A stretch of 64,000 bases of DNA from Anaerolineae bacterium. GTDB taxonomy: Bacteria > Chloroflexota > Anaerolineae > S016-19. Position numbers and translations under genes: made by a program. Of the stretch, positions 7,164 through 16,876 are shown in pieces (position 1 is the first letter of the stretch; each line of letters begins with the position of its first letter). The notes under the pieces were generated by a model. The model saw only the letters and a program-made list of their open reading frames with translations, was not told the DNA's origin and did no database searches. The DNA lies in the NCBI GenBank assembly GCA_027016315.1, contig JALWAP010000107.1:15448-79447 (forward strand), given 5' to 3'.

Positions 7164-7222
7164 CATGTAAATGTCCGATTCCCCGCGGCCCACTCGAGGA
7201 CTCATGGGGGCATCGAAATTCT

Positions 7223-8632
7223 CTACGGGGTCCATATGGTCGTCAGGTCCTTCGAGTTGTTGGATTCATTGCTCTCGGGAACCTGATTTTCCGCATCCAC
7301 TACTGCTCTTTGGTGTCTGGTTTGCTGTGAGCTACAGGTAAAGGTGAACGAGTAACTCGTGCTCCAGGTCGCTCCTGCATTCAAACCCGAAACAGTGGAT
7401 TGTCTCATTGGGCTCGGCGCGCTCGAGCTCCAATAGTAGTAGACCTCGAAACTCCCTGCCGCCACGTTACCCACATTCTTCACGGTGATATGGACCCAGT
7501 AGGAATCTCCGCAGTGCGGATTGGGCTTCGACGTGAAGCTGGAGACGATCAAATCCGGCTTCAAAGTGAACACCGGAGTCGGCAAAGAAAGGCTTGGCAA
7601 GACGTTTATCGTGACATGCCTGTCTTCGGCGGTCCCGTCGGATTTTACGATGTGCAGCGTATACGTCTTGTTGGCCGAAGGACATACCTGCTTGCTGCCG
7701 TGTCCAGCGACTCCGGCGCCTTCGAGGTACACTGCCTGAACACCCTCCACATCCCAATGAAGATTCGTGCACTGACCGTTGAAGATGCTCGCCTTGTCCG
7801 ACCAGAAATTAGCCTGAAAAGCTGCGCCCTCGCCTGCCTCTGGCGGGGACGTAGGTACGGCCGTCGGAGGAGCAGGTGTCGTTCCCGGGGCTTCCGATGG
7901 GATCGGAGGGACATCCGCAACCTGTACGTTTTCCACATTGCTCGGAGAGACGTAAGCGGCTGCGACCCAACCGCGCCGCCCGGTGTCGGCTGGAAACTCG
8001 ATCTGCCACCACGCTCCGGTCGGGTCCTTGCCGGTGATGACGGCGCTGTTTCCTTTCTGCAGCACCCCGACCTTCGGATAATCAGTGCCTGGGCCAGTAC
8101 GCACGTTCAGATCAACCGCAGCCACCAGGCTTGGGACGGATGGAACTGGGGTATCCGGCTTCTTCGTTGCCGTAGGTTCCTTCGTCGCTGCAGCAGCCGC
8201 AGGCGGCGTCGAGGTGGGAGGCGCCGGAGTTGGCGACGCTTCTGCCGTTTTCGGCGCCACGGATATCACCAGAGGAAACGGCGACGGTTGCGTTCCATCG
8301 TGGCAATACCCCCGTGCTTCCAGAGAGTAAGTTCCGGCGGAAGTTGGCATCCATTTGAACGTTACCGGAAGTTCCTTCGGGTAGCTACCTTGCGGGGCAT
8401 CCGCTCGTCCGATTGCAGCCCCGTTCACCCACAACTCCACCCTTTCCACGCCGCTGCCACATGCGGCCTTCACTTTCACGTCAATCGTATCGTTGGAGAA
8501 TACAGCGCTCCCCGGAGCAGGAGATTCTATCACGATGGCCGACCCACCGGTCGGAAGTTTCGAATGGGTACATGCTGTCAATAGCAAGACAAACGAGAGG
8601 GCCAGTAGGAAGAAGAATTTCGGGCGATGCAT
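7223..8632 (-). CDS. Secreted multidomain lipoprotein (Ig-like, SH3b and CARDB-like domains, Pro/Thr-rich linkers)
   Basis: Track ORF is 7223-8725. I prefer MHRPKFFFLLALSFVLLLTAC (signal peptide plus lipobox, ATG 8632). The SH3b-like stretch is DLNVRTGPGTDYPKVGVLQKGNSAVITG..WWQIEF. The C-terminal CARDB-like stretch is PDLIVSS..ITVKNVGNVAAGSFEVYYYW..NESNN. Confidence 0.8.
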   Translation of the reverse strand: MHRPKFFFLLALSFVLLLTACTHSKLPTGGSAIVIESPAPGSAVFSNDTIDVKVKAACGSGVERVELWVNGAAIGRADAPQGSYPKELPVTFKWMPTSAGTYSLEARGYCHDGTQPSPFPLVISVAPKTAEASPTPAPPTSTPPAAAAATKEPTATKKPDTPVPSVPSLVAAVDLNVRTGPGTDYPKVGVLQKGNSAVITGKDPTGAWWQIEFPADTGRRGWVAAAYVSPSNVENVQVADVPPIPSEAPGTTPAPPTAVPTSPPEAGEGAAFQANFWSDKASIFNGQCTNLHWDVEGVQAVYLEGAGVAGHGSKQVCPSANKTYTLHIVKSDGTAEDRHVTINVLPSLSLPTPVFTLKPDLIVSSFTSKPNPHCGDSYWVHITVKNVGNVAAGSFEVYYYWSSSAPSPMRQSTVSGLNAGATWSTSYSFTFTCSSQQTRHQRAVVDAENQVPESNESNNSKDLTTIWTP

Positions 8633-9009
8633 TTCACTTTCCCCTTTCGGCAACCTGTGCCTGCTTGAAAGCGGTACGGATTTTGTCGACGATCGAATTA
8701 TATTCGAAAATTTTCTCATCGTCAAATTTTTCTAAAATCAACAAAAACTCGCTAATCCAAGGACCTTTCCCCCCAGCGGGATTGTACCAACCCCCGCATG
8801 GTCGCCACTACCCGACCATAACGCCAAAGGGAGTAAGCCCACAGCGGTTGGCGCTGCTCAAACAGGACGAAAATCTATCGGGAGAGAGTCAGAGGGAACG
8901 CCAAGACGGGATTCGGAACCGGGGTCATGGCCTCGGCTCACCTCATTGACAAAAACCTCTTCGGCATGGTATCTCTCCATAGGTGAAAACTTTCGAGTGG
9001 TCGAGGAAC

Positions 9010-9855
9010 ATGGAATCCGAAACCAAACTCGCGCTTCTCATGGACGTAATCCGTCCGATGGAGCGCGTTGCGATAGGCTACTCCGGCGGCGTGGACAGCG
9101 CCCTGCTCCTGCGGGTTGCGCTGGAGACGCTGGGCCGTGAGAACGTGCTGGCGGTGATGGCCGTGGCGCCCATCTGGCCCACCGACGAGCAGGAACGGGC
9201 GATCCACATGGCGCGGGAGATGGGCGCCGAAGTCCGGACGGTGCAGGCACCGGACATCTCGCAGCCTGCGTTTGCCAGGCACCTGCCGAACCGGTGCTAC
9301 TTCTGCAAGCTGGACATCTTCTCCCACGTGATCCGGGCGGCGAAGGATGCGGGCTCCCGGTGGATCGCCGACGGCACCAACCTGGACGACCTGGGCGAGG
9401 ACAGGCCCGGCCTGCGGGCGCTGCGCGAGCTTGGGGTTCGCAGCCCGCTGGCAGAGGCAGGGTTGACCAAGTCCGACGTCCGGGCTCTGGCCCACGAGTT
9501 CAGCCTGCCCGTCTGGGACGCGCCGGTGCGGGCCTGCCTGGCGACCCGCATCCCCTTCGGGACGCCGGTCACGGAGGATCGGCTGCGCCTGGCGGAAGCG
9601 GCAGAGCGTGCCATCGCCGGACTGGGGTTCCGGGAGTACCGATGCAGGCTCCACGGCGATCTCGTCCGGCTGGAACTTCCGCCGGACGAACTGCCGCGTG
9701 CGCTGGAGATGCGTGAGCGGATAACATCCGAGATGCACCGCCTCGGATTCAGGCACGTGACGGTGGATCTGGATGGCTTAAGACAAGAACATGGCCGGAG
9801 TTCATCCACAATCGCGAAGATTGCACAGACCGGAAAAGCAAATTTTGAGGTTTGA
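9010..9855 (+). CDS. larE: ATP-dependent sulfur transferase LarE (nickel-pincer cofactor biosynthesis, PP-loop ATPase)
   Basis: PP-loop IGYSGGVDSALLL, the motif CYFCK, and a conserved Cys in RACLATRIPFGT are present. The C-terminus matches LarE (GFRHVTVDLDG). The start is ambiguous between GTG 8983 in the track and ATG 9010. Confidence 0.9.
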   Translation: MESETKLALLMDVIRPMERVAIGYSGGVDSALLLRVALETLGRENVLAVMAVAPIWPTDEQERAIHMAREMGAEVRTVQAPDISQPAFARHLPNRCYFCKLDIFSHVIRAAKDAGSRWIADGTNLDDLGEDRPGLRALRELGVRSPLAEAGLTKSDVRALAHEFSLPVWDAPVRACLATRIPFGTPVTEDRLRLAEAAERAIAGLGFREYRCRLHGDLVRLELPPDELPRALEMRERITSEMHRLGFRHVTVDLDGLRQEHGRSSSTIAKIAQTGKANFEV

Positions 9856-9910
9856 GCACCCCATACAATCTGTGGATTCCCGGTCGATTACATATCTTGG
9901 AGTTCGTGAC

Positions 9911-10666
9911 GTGAACGAGGATCGGATAAGAGAGATTATTCGGAGTGTAAAAGAAGGCGTGTTAGGAGAAGAGGAAGCGCTGGAGAAGCTGCGCCGCCTC
10001 TCCTTCGAAGACCTGGGGTTCGCCCGCATAGACCACCATCGGGCGATCCGCCAGGGGATGCCGGAGGTGGTCTTTGCCCAGGGAAAGAAGCCGGAGCAGG
10101 TGGCTGCCATCCTGGAGAAGCTGGCGGCGCGCAATCCGCTGGTGATCGCCACCAGGGCCGACCGGGACGACCTGGACGCGGTGAAGAAGCTGCTGCCGGA
10201 GGCTCGCTGTTTTCCCGACGCCCGGATCATCGCCGTCGGGGAAATCCCGGAGCCGGGCGAAGACGATCCTTACGTCCTGGTGGTCAGCGCTGGGACTTCG
10301 GATCAGCCGGTGGCGGAGGAAGCGGCGGTGACGGCGGAGCTTCTGGGGCTGCGTGTTCGTCAGCTGTACGATGTGGGCGTGGCGGGGATTCACCGGCTCC
10401 TGGCGTACCAGGACTTGATCCGAGGAGCGGCGGTGGTCATCGTGGTCGCCGGGATGGAAGGCGCCCTGCCCAGCGTCGTCGGCGGGCTCGTGCGCTCGCC
10501 GGTGATTGCCGTGCCAACCAGCGTCGGATACGGGGCCAGCTTCGGCGGGCTGGCGGCGCTCCTGGGGATGCTGAATTCATGTGCACCGGGCATCGCCGTC
10601 GTGAACATCGACAACGGCTTCGGCGCTGCGGTGATGGCCCGCCGCATCCTCGACGTGGGGAAGTAG
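9911..10666 (+). CDS. larB: LarB, pyridinium-3,5-biscarboxylic acid mononucleotide synthase (PurE-like)
   Basis: LarB-like motifs are [36 protein letters not shown] and [16 protein letters not shown]. Track ORF starts at 9791. GTG at 9911, preceded by TGGAG, gives the expected length of about 251 aa. Confidence 0.9.
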   Translation: MNEDRIREIIRSVKEGVLGEEEALEKLRRLSFEDLGFARIDHHRAIRQGMPEVVFAQGKKPEQVAAILEKLAARNPLVIATRADRDDLDAVKKLLPEARCFPDARIIAVGEIPEPGEDDPYVLVVSAGTSDQPVAEEAAVTAELLGLRVRQLYDVGVAGIHRLLAYQDLIRGAAVVIVVAGMEGALPSVVGGLVRSPVIAVPTSVGYGASFGGLAALLGMLNSCAPGIAVVNIDNGFGAAVMARRILDVGK

Positions 10667-10854
10667 GGCTTGCCTCCGACTCACAAGCCAAAAACTACAT
10701 CCCCGCCGGAAACGAGCATCAGGCCCACCTATGGCTTGAGCGTAAAACTCATGGGTGTCATTGCCGTGTACGTGAAGGCAAAGAGGCGCTAAGCCTCCCG
10801 AAAACCCGCCGACATCTACAGTCTTGGCGCAGAGGATACAGACAGGAGGTCCAC

Positions 10855-11484
10855 ATGTCGGTTTTGGAAAAACTCGCTTCTTCACTTGGCAGGCGGGACG
10901 ATGTCCCAAACCAGCAACTTGCGAGAGAACTGGCAGAATCCGAAGACGCTGAAGCTATCGAAGAACTGGTCGAGAACCTGTCCAACAAAGACCGCAACAT
11001 CCAGAGCGATTGCATCAAAGTTCTGTACGAAATCGGATACATTCGTCCCGAGCTGATAGCCGGATACGTGGACGACTTCCTCGGATTGCTGAAGAGCAAG
11101 AACAACCGGCTCGTGTGGGGAGGGATGATCGCCCTTTCTACTATCGCAGAATTGCAGGGAAACAAGCTGTACCGTCACCTGGACGAGATAAAAAGCACCA
11201 TAGACAGAGGCTCAGTCATAACCGTGGACAGGGGAATCAAGACCTTGTCCATCCTCGCATCTCAGAGCCAGGAATACAGACGGTCGATTTTCCCGTATCT
11301 GTTGCAGCACCTTCGGTCGTGCAGGCCAAAGGACTTTCCCCAAAGGGCAGAGTATGTGCTCGCAGCCGTGGATGCGACCAACAAGGACGCGTTCCTGGAA
11401 GTGATCCAAAAGCGAATTCCGGAGATGAAACCGTCGCAGGTCAAAAGGCTGAAACGGGTGCTGGCTTCCGTCGAAAAGCTGTAA
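10855..11484 (+). CDS. Hypothetical HEAT/ARM-repeat-like protein (209 aa)
   Basis: ATG 10855 follows a strong AGGAGG RBS. The track ORF 10579-11484 includes a low-complexity, Arg-rich leader that I reject. The helical-repeat-like sequence has no catalytic motif that I recognise. Confidence 0.6.
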   Translation: MSVLEKLASSLGRRDDVPNQQLARELAESEDAEAIEELVENLSNKDRNIQSDCIKVLYEIGYIRPELIAGYVDDFLGLLKSKNNRLVWGGMIALSTIAELQGNKLYRHLDEIKSTIDRGSVITVDRGIKTLSILASQSQEYRRSIFPYLLQHLRSCRPKDFPQRAEYVLAAVDATNKDAFLEVIQKRIPEMKPSQVKRLKRVLASVEKL

Positions 11485-11504
11485 GGTCCTTCTGCTCACT
11501 GTGG

Positions 11505-11534
11505 AAAGAAAAACCGGCAGCAAGTTGCTGCCGG
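11505..11534 (-). terminator. Intrinsic terminator at the end of the ABC operon (possibly bidirectional)
   Basis: Perfect stem CCGGCAGC/GCTGCCGG (11514-11534). On the minus strand it is followed by TTTTTCTTTCC. It sits 25 nt after the permease stop. Confidence 0.7.
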
Positions 11535-11558
11535 TCTGATCTGCGAGAGTTGTGATTC

Positions 11559-12611
11559 TTACGCTTCGCCGCGGAGCCTCGGGTCCATAACATCCCTGAT
11601 CGCATCGCCGATGAGGTTCCAGCCCAGGACGAAGAGCACGAGCGCCGTGCCTGGATAAGCCACCATGTACCAGTAAGTGGTGAGCTGGGCGATCCAATCC
11701 CTGGCGAAGCTTATCAGCTGTCCCCAATCGGCGTAACCGACTTCCACGCCCACGCCGAGGAAGCTCAGGGCGGCGAAGGAAAGCACGTAGGAACCGACAT
11801 CCATCGACGCGACCACAAGGGTGGGATAGATTGCGTTCGGCAGGATATGCCGCGTGATGATCCTGAAATCAGACGCGCCCAGGGCTCGCGCAGCGAGCAC
11901 GTAATCCCTGCCTTTGACCGAGAGCACGTCACCCCTGATGAGGCGGGAATAACCCATCCACCCGAACGTGATAAGGGCTATCATCGCCGGGACGATCCCT
12001 TTGCCCACCTTCGGGGTTAGGATGGCGGAGAACGTCAGTGCTGCCACCAGGAACGGGAAGGTCATGAAAATGTCGGTGATCCTCATCAGCACGTTGTCGA
12101 CCCATCCTCCGTAAAACCCGGATAGGGACCCCACGATTATTCCGATCATCACAACGGAGAAAGTGATGATTATGCCGACCTTGAAAGCCGTCCGCGTTCC
12201 CCAGACGATGCCGTAGTAGATATCCCACTGGCCGCTGGCGGTCCCCATAAGGTGCTTCCATTTCTTCGTCCCCATAATCGGCTCCCACCAGAAAGGCAGC
12301 GGAGGCTCATAGCGAGACCGCCATTCGGTCATGGGAGGGCGGGGTTCAGGGCTGAATCCATCCCTCGGTATCCTGTACGGCTTGTCCCTCCGCAACGGGG
12401 GAGCAAGCACCGGGGCGAACACAGCTATCAAAACGAAGAACATCACTATTATCATGCCAGCAACGGAGAGGGGATTCGTGTACAAGCCCCTCACTATCCG
12501 GTAGTTTTCGATTCCGATCTTCTGGGCGAGCCACGGCTGAGGCTTGGCAAGAAGCCGGGCTTCCTCGTCCATCAAGAATTTTTCGATGTCATTTTCAGGT
12601 TCTTGCGGCAT
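11559..12611 (-). CDS. ABC transporter permease, OppC/DppC/NikC-type
   Basis: 350 aa polytopic membrane protein. It carries the binding-protein-dependent transport signature region AARALGASDFRIITRHILPN. Confidence 0.9.
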   Translation of the reverse strand: MPQEPENDIEKFLMDEEARLLAKPQPWLAQKIGIENYRIVRGLYTNPLSVAGMIIVMFFVLIAVFAPVLAPPLRRDKPYRIPRDGFSPEPRPPMTEWRSRYEPPLPFWWEPIMGTKKWKHLMGTASGQWDIYYGIVWGTRTAFKVGIIITFSVVMIGIIVGSLSGFYGGWVDNVLMRITDIFMTFPFLVAALTFSAILTPKVGKGIVPAMIALITFGWMGYSRLIRGDVLSVKGRDYVLAARALGASDFRIITRHILPNAIYPTLVVASMDVGSYVLSFAALSFLGVGVEVGYADWGQLISFARDWIAQLTTYWYMVAYPGTALVLFVLGWNLIGDAIRDVMDPRLRGEA

Positions 12612-12621
12612 CTACTTCCTC

Positions 12622-13686
12622 CTACTCCAACCTGACCCGAGGATCGATCACGGCGTACATTATATCCACGAGGAGGTTCGTCAAAATTATTATCACGCCA
12701 CTGAACAACGTCAGCCCGAGCACCGTTACCACGTCCAGCTGCAAAGCTGCGTTGGCTGCAGCAGAGCCGATCCCAGGGTAGTTGAACACTGTTTCCGTGA
12801 TGACCACGCCGTTCAACAAGCCGATCACGGTAAATCCGGCGATGGTTGCTACCGGGATCAGGGCGTTGGGCAACACATGCCTTCTGATCACGACTTTCTC
12901 GTCCAGCCCTTTAGCCCTGGCGGTGGTGACATAGTTCTGGCGCAGCACTTCCAGCATGGACGATCTGGTCACCCTCAGAAGCAATGCCCAGGAAAGATAG
13001 GAAAGGGTGATGATCGGGAGAATGAGATGGCGCAACGCATCCCAAAACACGTCCAACCGTCCGTTGAGCAAAGCGTCCACCGTCACCAGGTACGTGAATC
13101 TGTGAAAGTGCTTTGAGCGCACTACGGCATCAGCCCAATCCGATAGCCTACCCGGAGGGAACCACTGAAGCTGAGCATAAAATATCATGAGTACCAACAG
13201 ACCAAATACGAATGTGGGAAAAGACCAACCCACGATGCTGAATACACGGGCAAGCTGGTCTATGAATTTATTGTGGTTTATGGCCGCCACGACGCCAAGC
13301 CATATCCCCCCCAGGATGATCGGCAACATGCTCCAAAGAGCGAGTTCCAGGGTGGCAGGGAACCTCTCTTTGATCAAATCCATCACCGGTTCCGATGAAG
13401 TGCGGGAATACCCCAAATCACCGCGCAAAATTCCACCGCTCTTCTTGCCGGTTACGGGGTCTTTGACCCCAACCAGCCATTTCCAATACTGAACGTAAAT
13501 AGGCTGATCCAGCCCGTACTTGCGGATTACCCCTTCCAGAGCCTGCGGGTTCTTTGGAATATCCTTGATGTAAAGTGCCGCCCTTTCCGCCGGGCTGAGG
13601 AACTGGAGCATTCCGAATATCAAAACTGTTACGCCGAACAGCAAAAGTGGTAGTAACAGTAATCTTCTGATTATGTATTGGGTCAT
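12622..13686 (-). CDS. ABC transporter permease, OppB/DppB/NikB-type
   Basis: 354 aa. The N-terminus MTQYIIRRLLLLPLLLFGVTVLIF is typical of OppB/DppB. The EAA-like loop reads TARAKGLDEKVVIRRHVLPNA. Confidence 0.9.
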   Translation of the reverse strand: MTQYIIRRLLLLPLLLFGVTVLIFGMLQFLSPAERAALYIKDIPKNPQALEGVIRKYGLDQPIYVQYWKWLVGVKDPVTGKKSGGILRGDLGYSRTSSEPVMDLIKERFPATLELALWSMLPIILGGIWLGVVAAINHNKFIDQLARVFSIVGWSFPTFVFGLLVLMIFYAQLQWFPPGRLSDWADAVVRSKHFHRFTYLVTVDALLNGRLDVFWDALRHLILPIITLSYLSWALLLRVTRSSMLEVLRQNYVTTARAKGLDEKVVIRRHVLPNALIPVATIAGFTVIGLLNGVVITETVFNYPGIGSAAANAALQLDVVTVLGLTLFSGVIIILTNLLVDIMYAVIDPRVRLE

Positions 13687-13746
13687 TTTCCAACCTCACA
13701 GGGTGCTGGCGCCGGAGTCGATTCCGGCGCCAGCGTTCACATCCGA

Positions 13747-15750
13747 TTACTTGACGTGGAAGTTGAACATCACGTCGGTGCGGACGACCTCGGGCTGCCC
13801 CTTGTACAAGCGGAACTTGCCGTTCGGCTTGTCCGTAGGCTTGCAGGTGAAGTCCTTGGTGTCCTGGTTGTAGGTGCAGAGCTCGCCGACCATAGGATCG
13901 ACCTGGCTCACATACTGGAACGGAACAGCGATGAAGTCGGCATCGCCGGCCTTGAACATGGCGAAGCGGGTGCCCCACTCCTTCACGTTCTTGATCACGA
14001 CGCTCGAGAGTTTGGCAGGACCGCTGGGGCCGCCATCCCAAGCCGGCTTCGTCCGCCAGTATCCATCGAACCTCTTGAGGACAAGCTCCGTCCCCTTGGT
14101 CCAGTGATCCAGCATGAACGGGCCAGTCCCGTTCTCCTTGTCGGTGAACGGATCGTCCTCAGACGACACACCGTAGTACTTCGTCCAGGTATCGCAGGTG
14201 CCGTCCCAGCCGCCGTTCTTGATGACCCACTTCTTGTCCATCACAGAGCCCCAGCTCTGAGCGATGGTCGCCAGGAACGGGCCCCAAGGCTGAGCCAGCT
14301 TCATGGTCACGGTGCCCTTCTCGTTGTCGAAGGTGATGGCGTCCATGACCTTCTGGCAGGCTGCCTTCAGCTTGGCAGGATCGGCCTTCTGCAATTTCTC
14401 GGTGTCGCCTTCCAGATCGGGGTTGATCAGGTCGGCGATGTCGTACTTGCCAACGCCGAAGAACGGCTCGGTCAGCAACCACTGCGGCGAGTCAGGCCCG
14501 CCCTGCAGCAGACCACGGCGGAACGAGTAGGCAACATCCTCGGCCGTCATCTCGTCGCCGTTGTGGAACTTCACACCCTTGCGGATGTAGAAGGTGTAGG
14601 TCTTGCCATCAGGCGAGATCTCCCACTTGGTGGCCAGCTGAGGCACGAACTTCGTAGGATCGTTCTTCTTGTAGGTGATCAGGGTTTCGTAGGTGTTGTC
14701 GATGATCTCGGCGCCAGCCGTCTCGTAGCAGAGGGCCGGATCAAGTGTCTCAGGATCACCGATAGTCGCCACGACGAAGGTGTCAGGGTTCTTTGCGGTC
14801 TTGTCCTTGCTGTAGGCATAGTAGTAGCCGCCAGGATAGACCGGGTTGTAGTACCACCCTTTCACCCAGCGCTGCTCATAGTGTCGACCGGTGGGAACGG
14901 CACCGCGAATAGCGATAGCATACTCGTAGTCGAGCTTGGTGAGCTCCTTGTAGATCTCCGCACGCTTGGCAGGATCGGTCTCGGAAACACCCTCGTCGAC
15001 CAGCTTCTTGAACTTAGCGACCATGTCCTTCGGCAGGTTCTGCCGGCGGGCGTAGGTGCCGATCATGAACGGCTGAGCCCAGTTGTGCGGGTCATGGATG
15101 TCCTCGAGCCACCCGCTTACGAAGATCGGGAGCTTGCCGGAGCGGATGTTCCGCAGGAACGTAGGCCACGGCAGAGCGATGATGGAAATCTGGAATTTGT
15201 CGTTGACCTGGGCAACGTTCTGCTGCAGGATCTCCGCAATGGTCCGGCGGGTGTCGTTGCCGGTGTTGTAAGCGATGGTGAAGCGGAAGCCCTTCTCCCA
15301 GACCTTGCCGCCCCAGGCTTTCTTGAACTCCTCCTCACATTTCTTGGGATCGTAGCTGTAGTGAGGAGCATTCGGGTCGTAGCCCAGCATTCCAGGGATC
15401 AGCGGGCCATAGCACTGGACGGCCTCACCATGGAGCGCTTCCTTGATGTAGGTATCCCAGTCGAAGCAGTAGTTGAATGCTTTCCTGACATGGATGTCGC
15501 TGAAGAAGTCAGGCGGGATACCGTTCCCGTCCAGCTTGCCGCTCCCGATAAACGGATTGCTCACCGGCGTCGGGGTGATCACCTTCTCTACGACCTTGGT
15601 CTTCTCGATGACCTTGGTCTGAACGACTTTCTTCTCAACGATCTTGGTCTGAACGACCACTTTCGGTGTGGGCTTGGCGCATGCCGCAGCAATAAAGCTG
15701 ACGATCAGCAGCAAGCTCAGCACCAGCATGAACTTCTTGTTACGCCACAT
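13747..15750 (-). CDS. ABC substrate-binding lipoprotein, family 5 (peptide/nickel type)
   Basis: The signal peptide plus lipobox is LLLIVSFIAAAC. A repetitive linker VVQTKIVEKKVVQTKVIEKTKVVEKV follows. The body is family-5 SBP-like (TFYIRKGVKFHNGDEMTAEDVAYSF). Confidence 0.9.
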   Translation of the reverse strand: MWRNKKFMLVLSLLLIVSFIAAACAKPTPKVVVQTKIVEKKVVQTKVIEKTKVVEKVITPTPVSNPFIGSGKLDGNGIPPDFFSDIHVRKAFNYCFDWDTYIKEALHGEAVQCYGPLIPGMLGYDPNAPHYSYDPKKCEEEFKKAWGGKVWEKGFRFTIAYNTGNDTRRTIAEILQQNVAQVNDKFQISIIALPWPTFLRNIRSGKLPIFVSGWLEDIHDPHNWAQPFMIGTYARRQNLPKDMVAKFKKLVDEGVSETDPAKRAEIYKELTKLDYEYAIAIRGAVPTGRHYEQRWVKGWYYNPVYPGGYYYAYSKDKTAKNPDTFVVATIGDPETLDPALCYETAGAEIIDNTYETLITYKKNDPTKFVPQLATKWEISPDGKTYTFYIRKGVKFHNGDEMTAEDVAYSFRRGLLQGGPDSPQWLLTEPFFGVGKYDIADLINPDLEGDTEKLQKADPAKLKAACQKVMDAITFDNEKGTVTMKLAQPWGPFLATIAQSWGSVMDKKWVIKNGGWDGTCDTWTKYYGVSSEDDPFTDKENGTGPFMLDHWTKGTELVLKRFDGYWRTKPAWDGGPSGPAKLSSVVIKNVKEWGTRFAMFKAGDADFIAVPFQYVSQVDPMVGELCTYNQDTKDFTCKPTDKPNGKFRLYKGQPEVVRTDVMFNFHVK

Positions 15751-15880
15751 AAGACTCTCCTCCTAACCAAAGGATTTTACTGAAACGTCCAATAACCATC
15801 CGGACAAGCCAGCCACGCTTATCTCACGTCAAGATTGGCTCCTATCACCTCCTTTCCTCGGATTCAGAAAACCCAATCTC

Positions 15881-16876
15881 TCAGTCGTAAAGATGACAAG
15901 CGACGAAATGCCCGGGAGCCACTTCTTTCAGCTCCGGCTCCACTTCCCTGCAGATGTCCATGACTTTCGGACACCTGGTGCTGAAGTTACAGCCTTTGGG
16001 TGGGTTGATAGGGGTCGGAACGTCCCCCTGAAGGATTATGCGCTGGCGCTTCTCCTCGATGACCGGATCCGGGATCGGGGCAGCCGAAAGAAGCGCCTCC
16101 GTGTATGGATGAAGCGGATGCTCGTACAACTCGTCTCGATCCGCTATTTCCACCAACTTCCCAAGGTACATCACCGCAACCCGTGTGGAAATGTGTCTGA
16201 CGACGGCAAGGTCGTGGGCGATGAAAAGGTAGGTGAGACCGAGCTTTCCCTGCAAGTCTTCCAGCAGGTTGATCACCTGCGCCTGGATGGAAACGTCCAG
16301 AGCCGAGATCGGCTCGTCGCACACGATGAATTCCGGGTTTATGGCCAGAGCCCTGGCTATGCCGATCCTCTGACGCTGGCCGCCGCTGAATTCGTGGGGG
16401 TATCGGTTGATGACGTACGGGTTCAACCCCACGAGCCGGAGGATCTCCTTAACTTTCTCCGTTCTTTCCTTTCGCGAAGCGATTTTGTGGATGTCCAAAG
16501 GCTCGCCCACGATCGCACCTACGGTCATCCTCGGATTTAGGGAAGCGTATGGGTCCTGGAAGATGATCTGCATCCTGCGTCGCATGAGCTGCAGGTCCCT
16601 TCCTTTCATTTTGGTCAGGTCCACCATCTCGCCATCTTTGTTGAAATAGACCTTCCCCGCCGTTGGGCGGTATAGCTGGAGGATAGCCCTGCCGGTGGTG
16701 GACTTCCCACATCCGGACTCCCCGACGAGCCCGAACGTTTCCCCTTTGCGGATGAAGAAACTGATGTCATCCACCGCTTTCACATATCCGACAGTCCGCT
16801 GTATCACGATTCCCCTGGTGATGGGGAAGTACATCTTCAGATTTTCGACCTTGAGCAGCACGTCGTTGTTGTTCAT
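15881..16876 (-). CDS. ABC transporter ATP-binding protein, OppF/DppF-type
   Basis: Walker A is GESGCGKST, the signature is FSGGQRQR and Walker B is [12 protein letters not shown]. Track ORF extends to 17002. ATG 16876 ([13 protein letters not shown]) forms an ATGA overlap with the upstream stop. Confidence 0.9.
   Translation of the reverse strand: MNNNDVLLKVENLKMYFPITRGIVIQRTVGYVKAVDDISFFIRKGETFGLVGESGCGKSTTGRAILQLYRPTAGKVYFNKDGEMVDLTKMKGRDLQLMRRRMQIIFQDPYASLNPRMTVGAIVGEPLDIHKIASRKERTEKVKEILRLVGLNPYVINRYPHEFSGGQRQRIGIARALAINPEFIVCDEPISALDVSIQAQVINLLEDLQGKLGLTYLFIAHDLAVVRHISTRVAVMYLGKLVEIADRDELYEHPLHPYTEALLSAAPIPDPVIEEKRQRIILQGDVPTPINPPKGCNFSTRCPKVMDICREVEPELKEVAPGHFVACHLYD

Noticed and set aside
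7076-7166. tRNA/tmRNA-like signals: GGGGCTGTAGCTCGG (tRNA-like 5' end), a T-loop-like CGGGTTCGACACCCG, and a minihelix ending GCCGCCA.
   Set aside because: No acceptor-stem partner for GGGGCTG exists, and no cloverleaf, tag ORF or tmRNA pseudoknots can be drawn. The hairpin is better explained as the terminator of the minus-strand lipoprotein gene. It may still be worth an Rfam/tRNAscan/ARAGORN run.
6862-7170. 102-aa plus-strand ORF (and the 66-aa minus ORF 6895-7095) in the gap after the Csx3 gene.
   Set aside because: Both have low-complexity Ala/Arg/Gly-rich C-termini and no RBS, and they overlap the terminator hairpin. I treat the region as non-coding (see finding).
8633-9009. Possible riboswitch (cobalamin or NiCo type) in the 377-bp region upstream of larE.
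   Set aside because: I could not find the conserved cores (for example the GCCACTG B12 box). Only a weak promoter candidate is present (TTGACA 8946-8951 with TGGTATCTC). A cmsearch would settle this.
13678-15783. 701-aa plus-strand ORF antisense to the ABC substrate-binding gene. Similar long antisense ORFs occur at 24401-26035, 25947-27464, 19766-21433, 38624-40048, 43549-44847, 44848-46281, 47610-49919 and 59133-60644.
   Set aside because: The translations are Arg/Gly/Pro/His-rich, low-complexity and motif-free. The opposite strand encodes clearly recognisable proteins in each case. These are typical shadow ORFs of GC-rich DNA.
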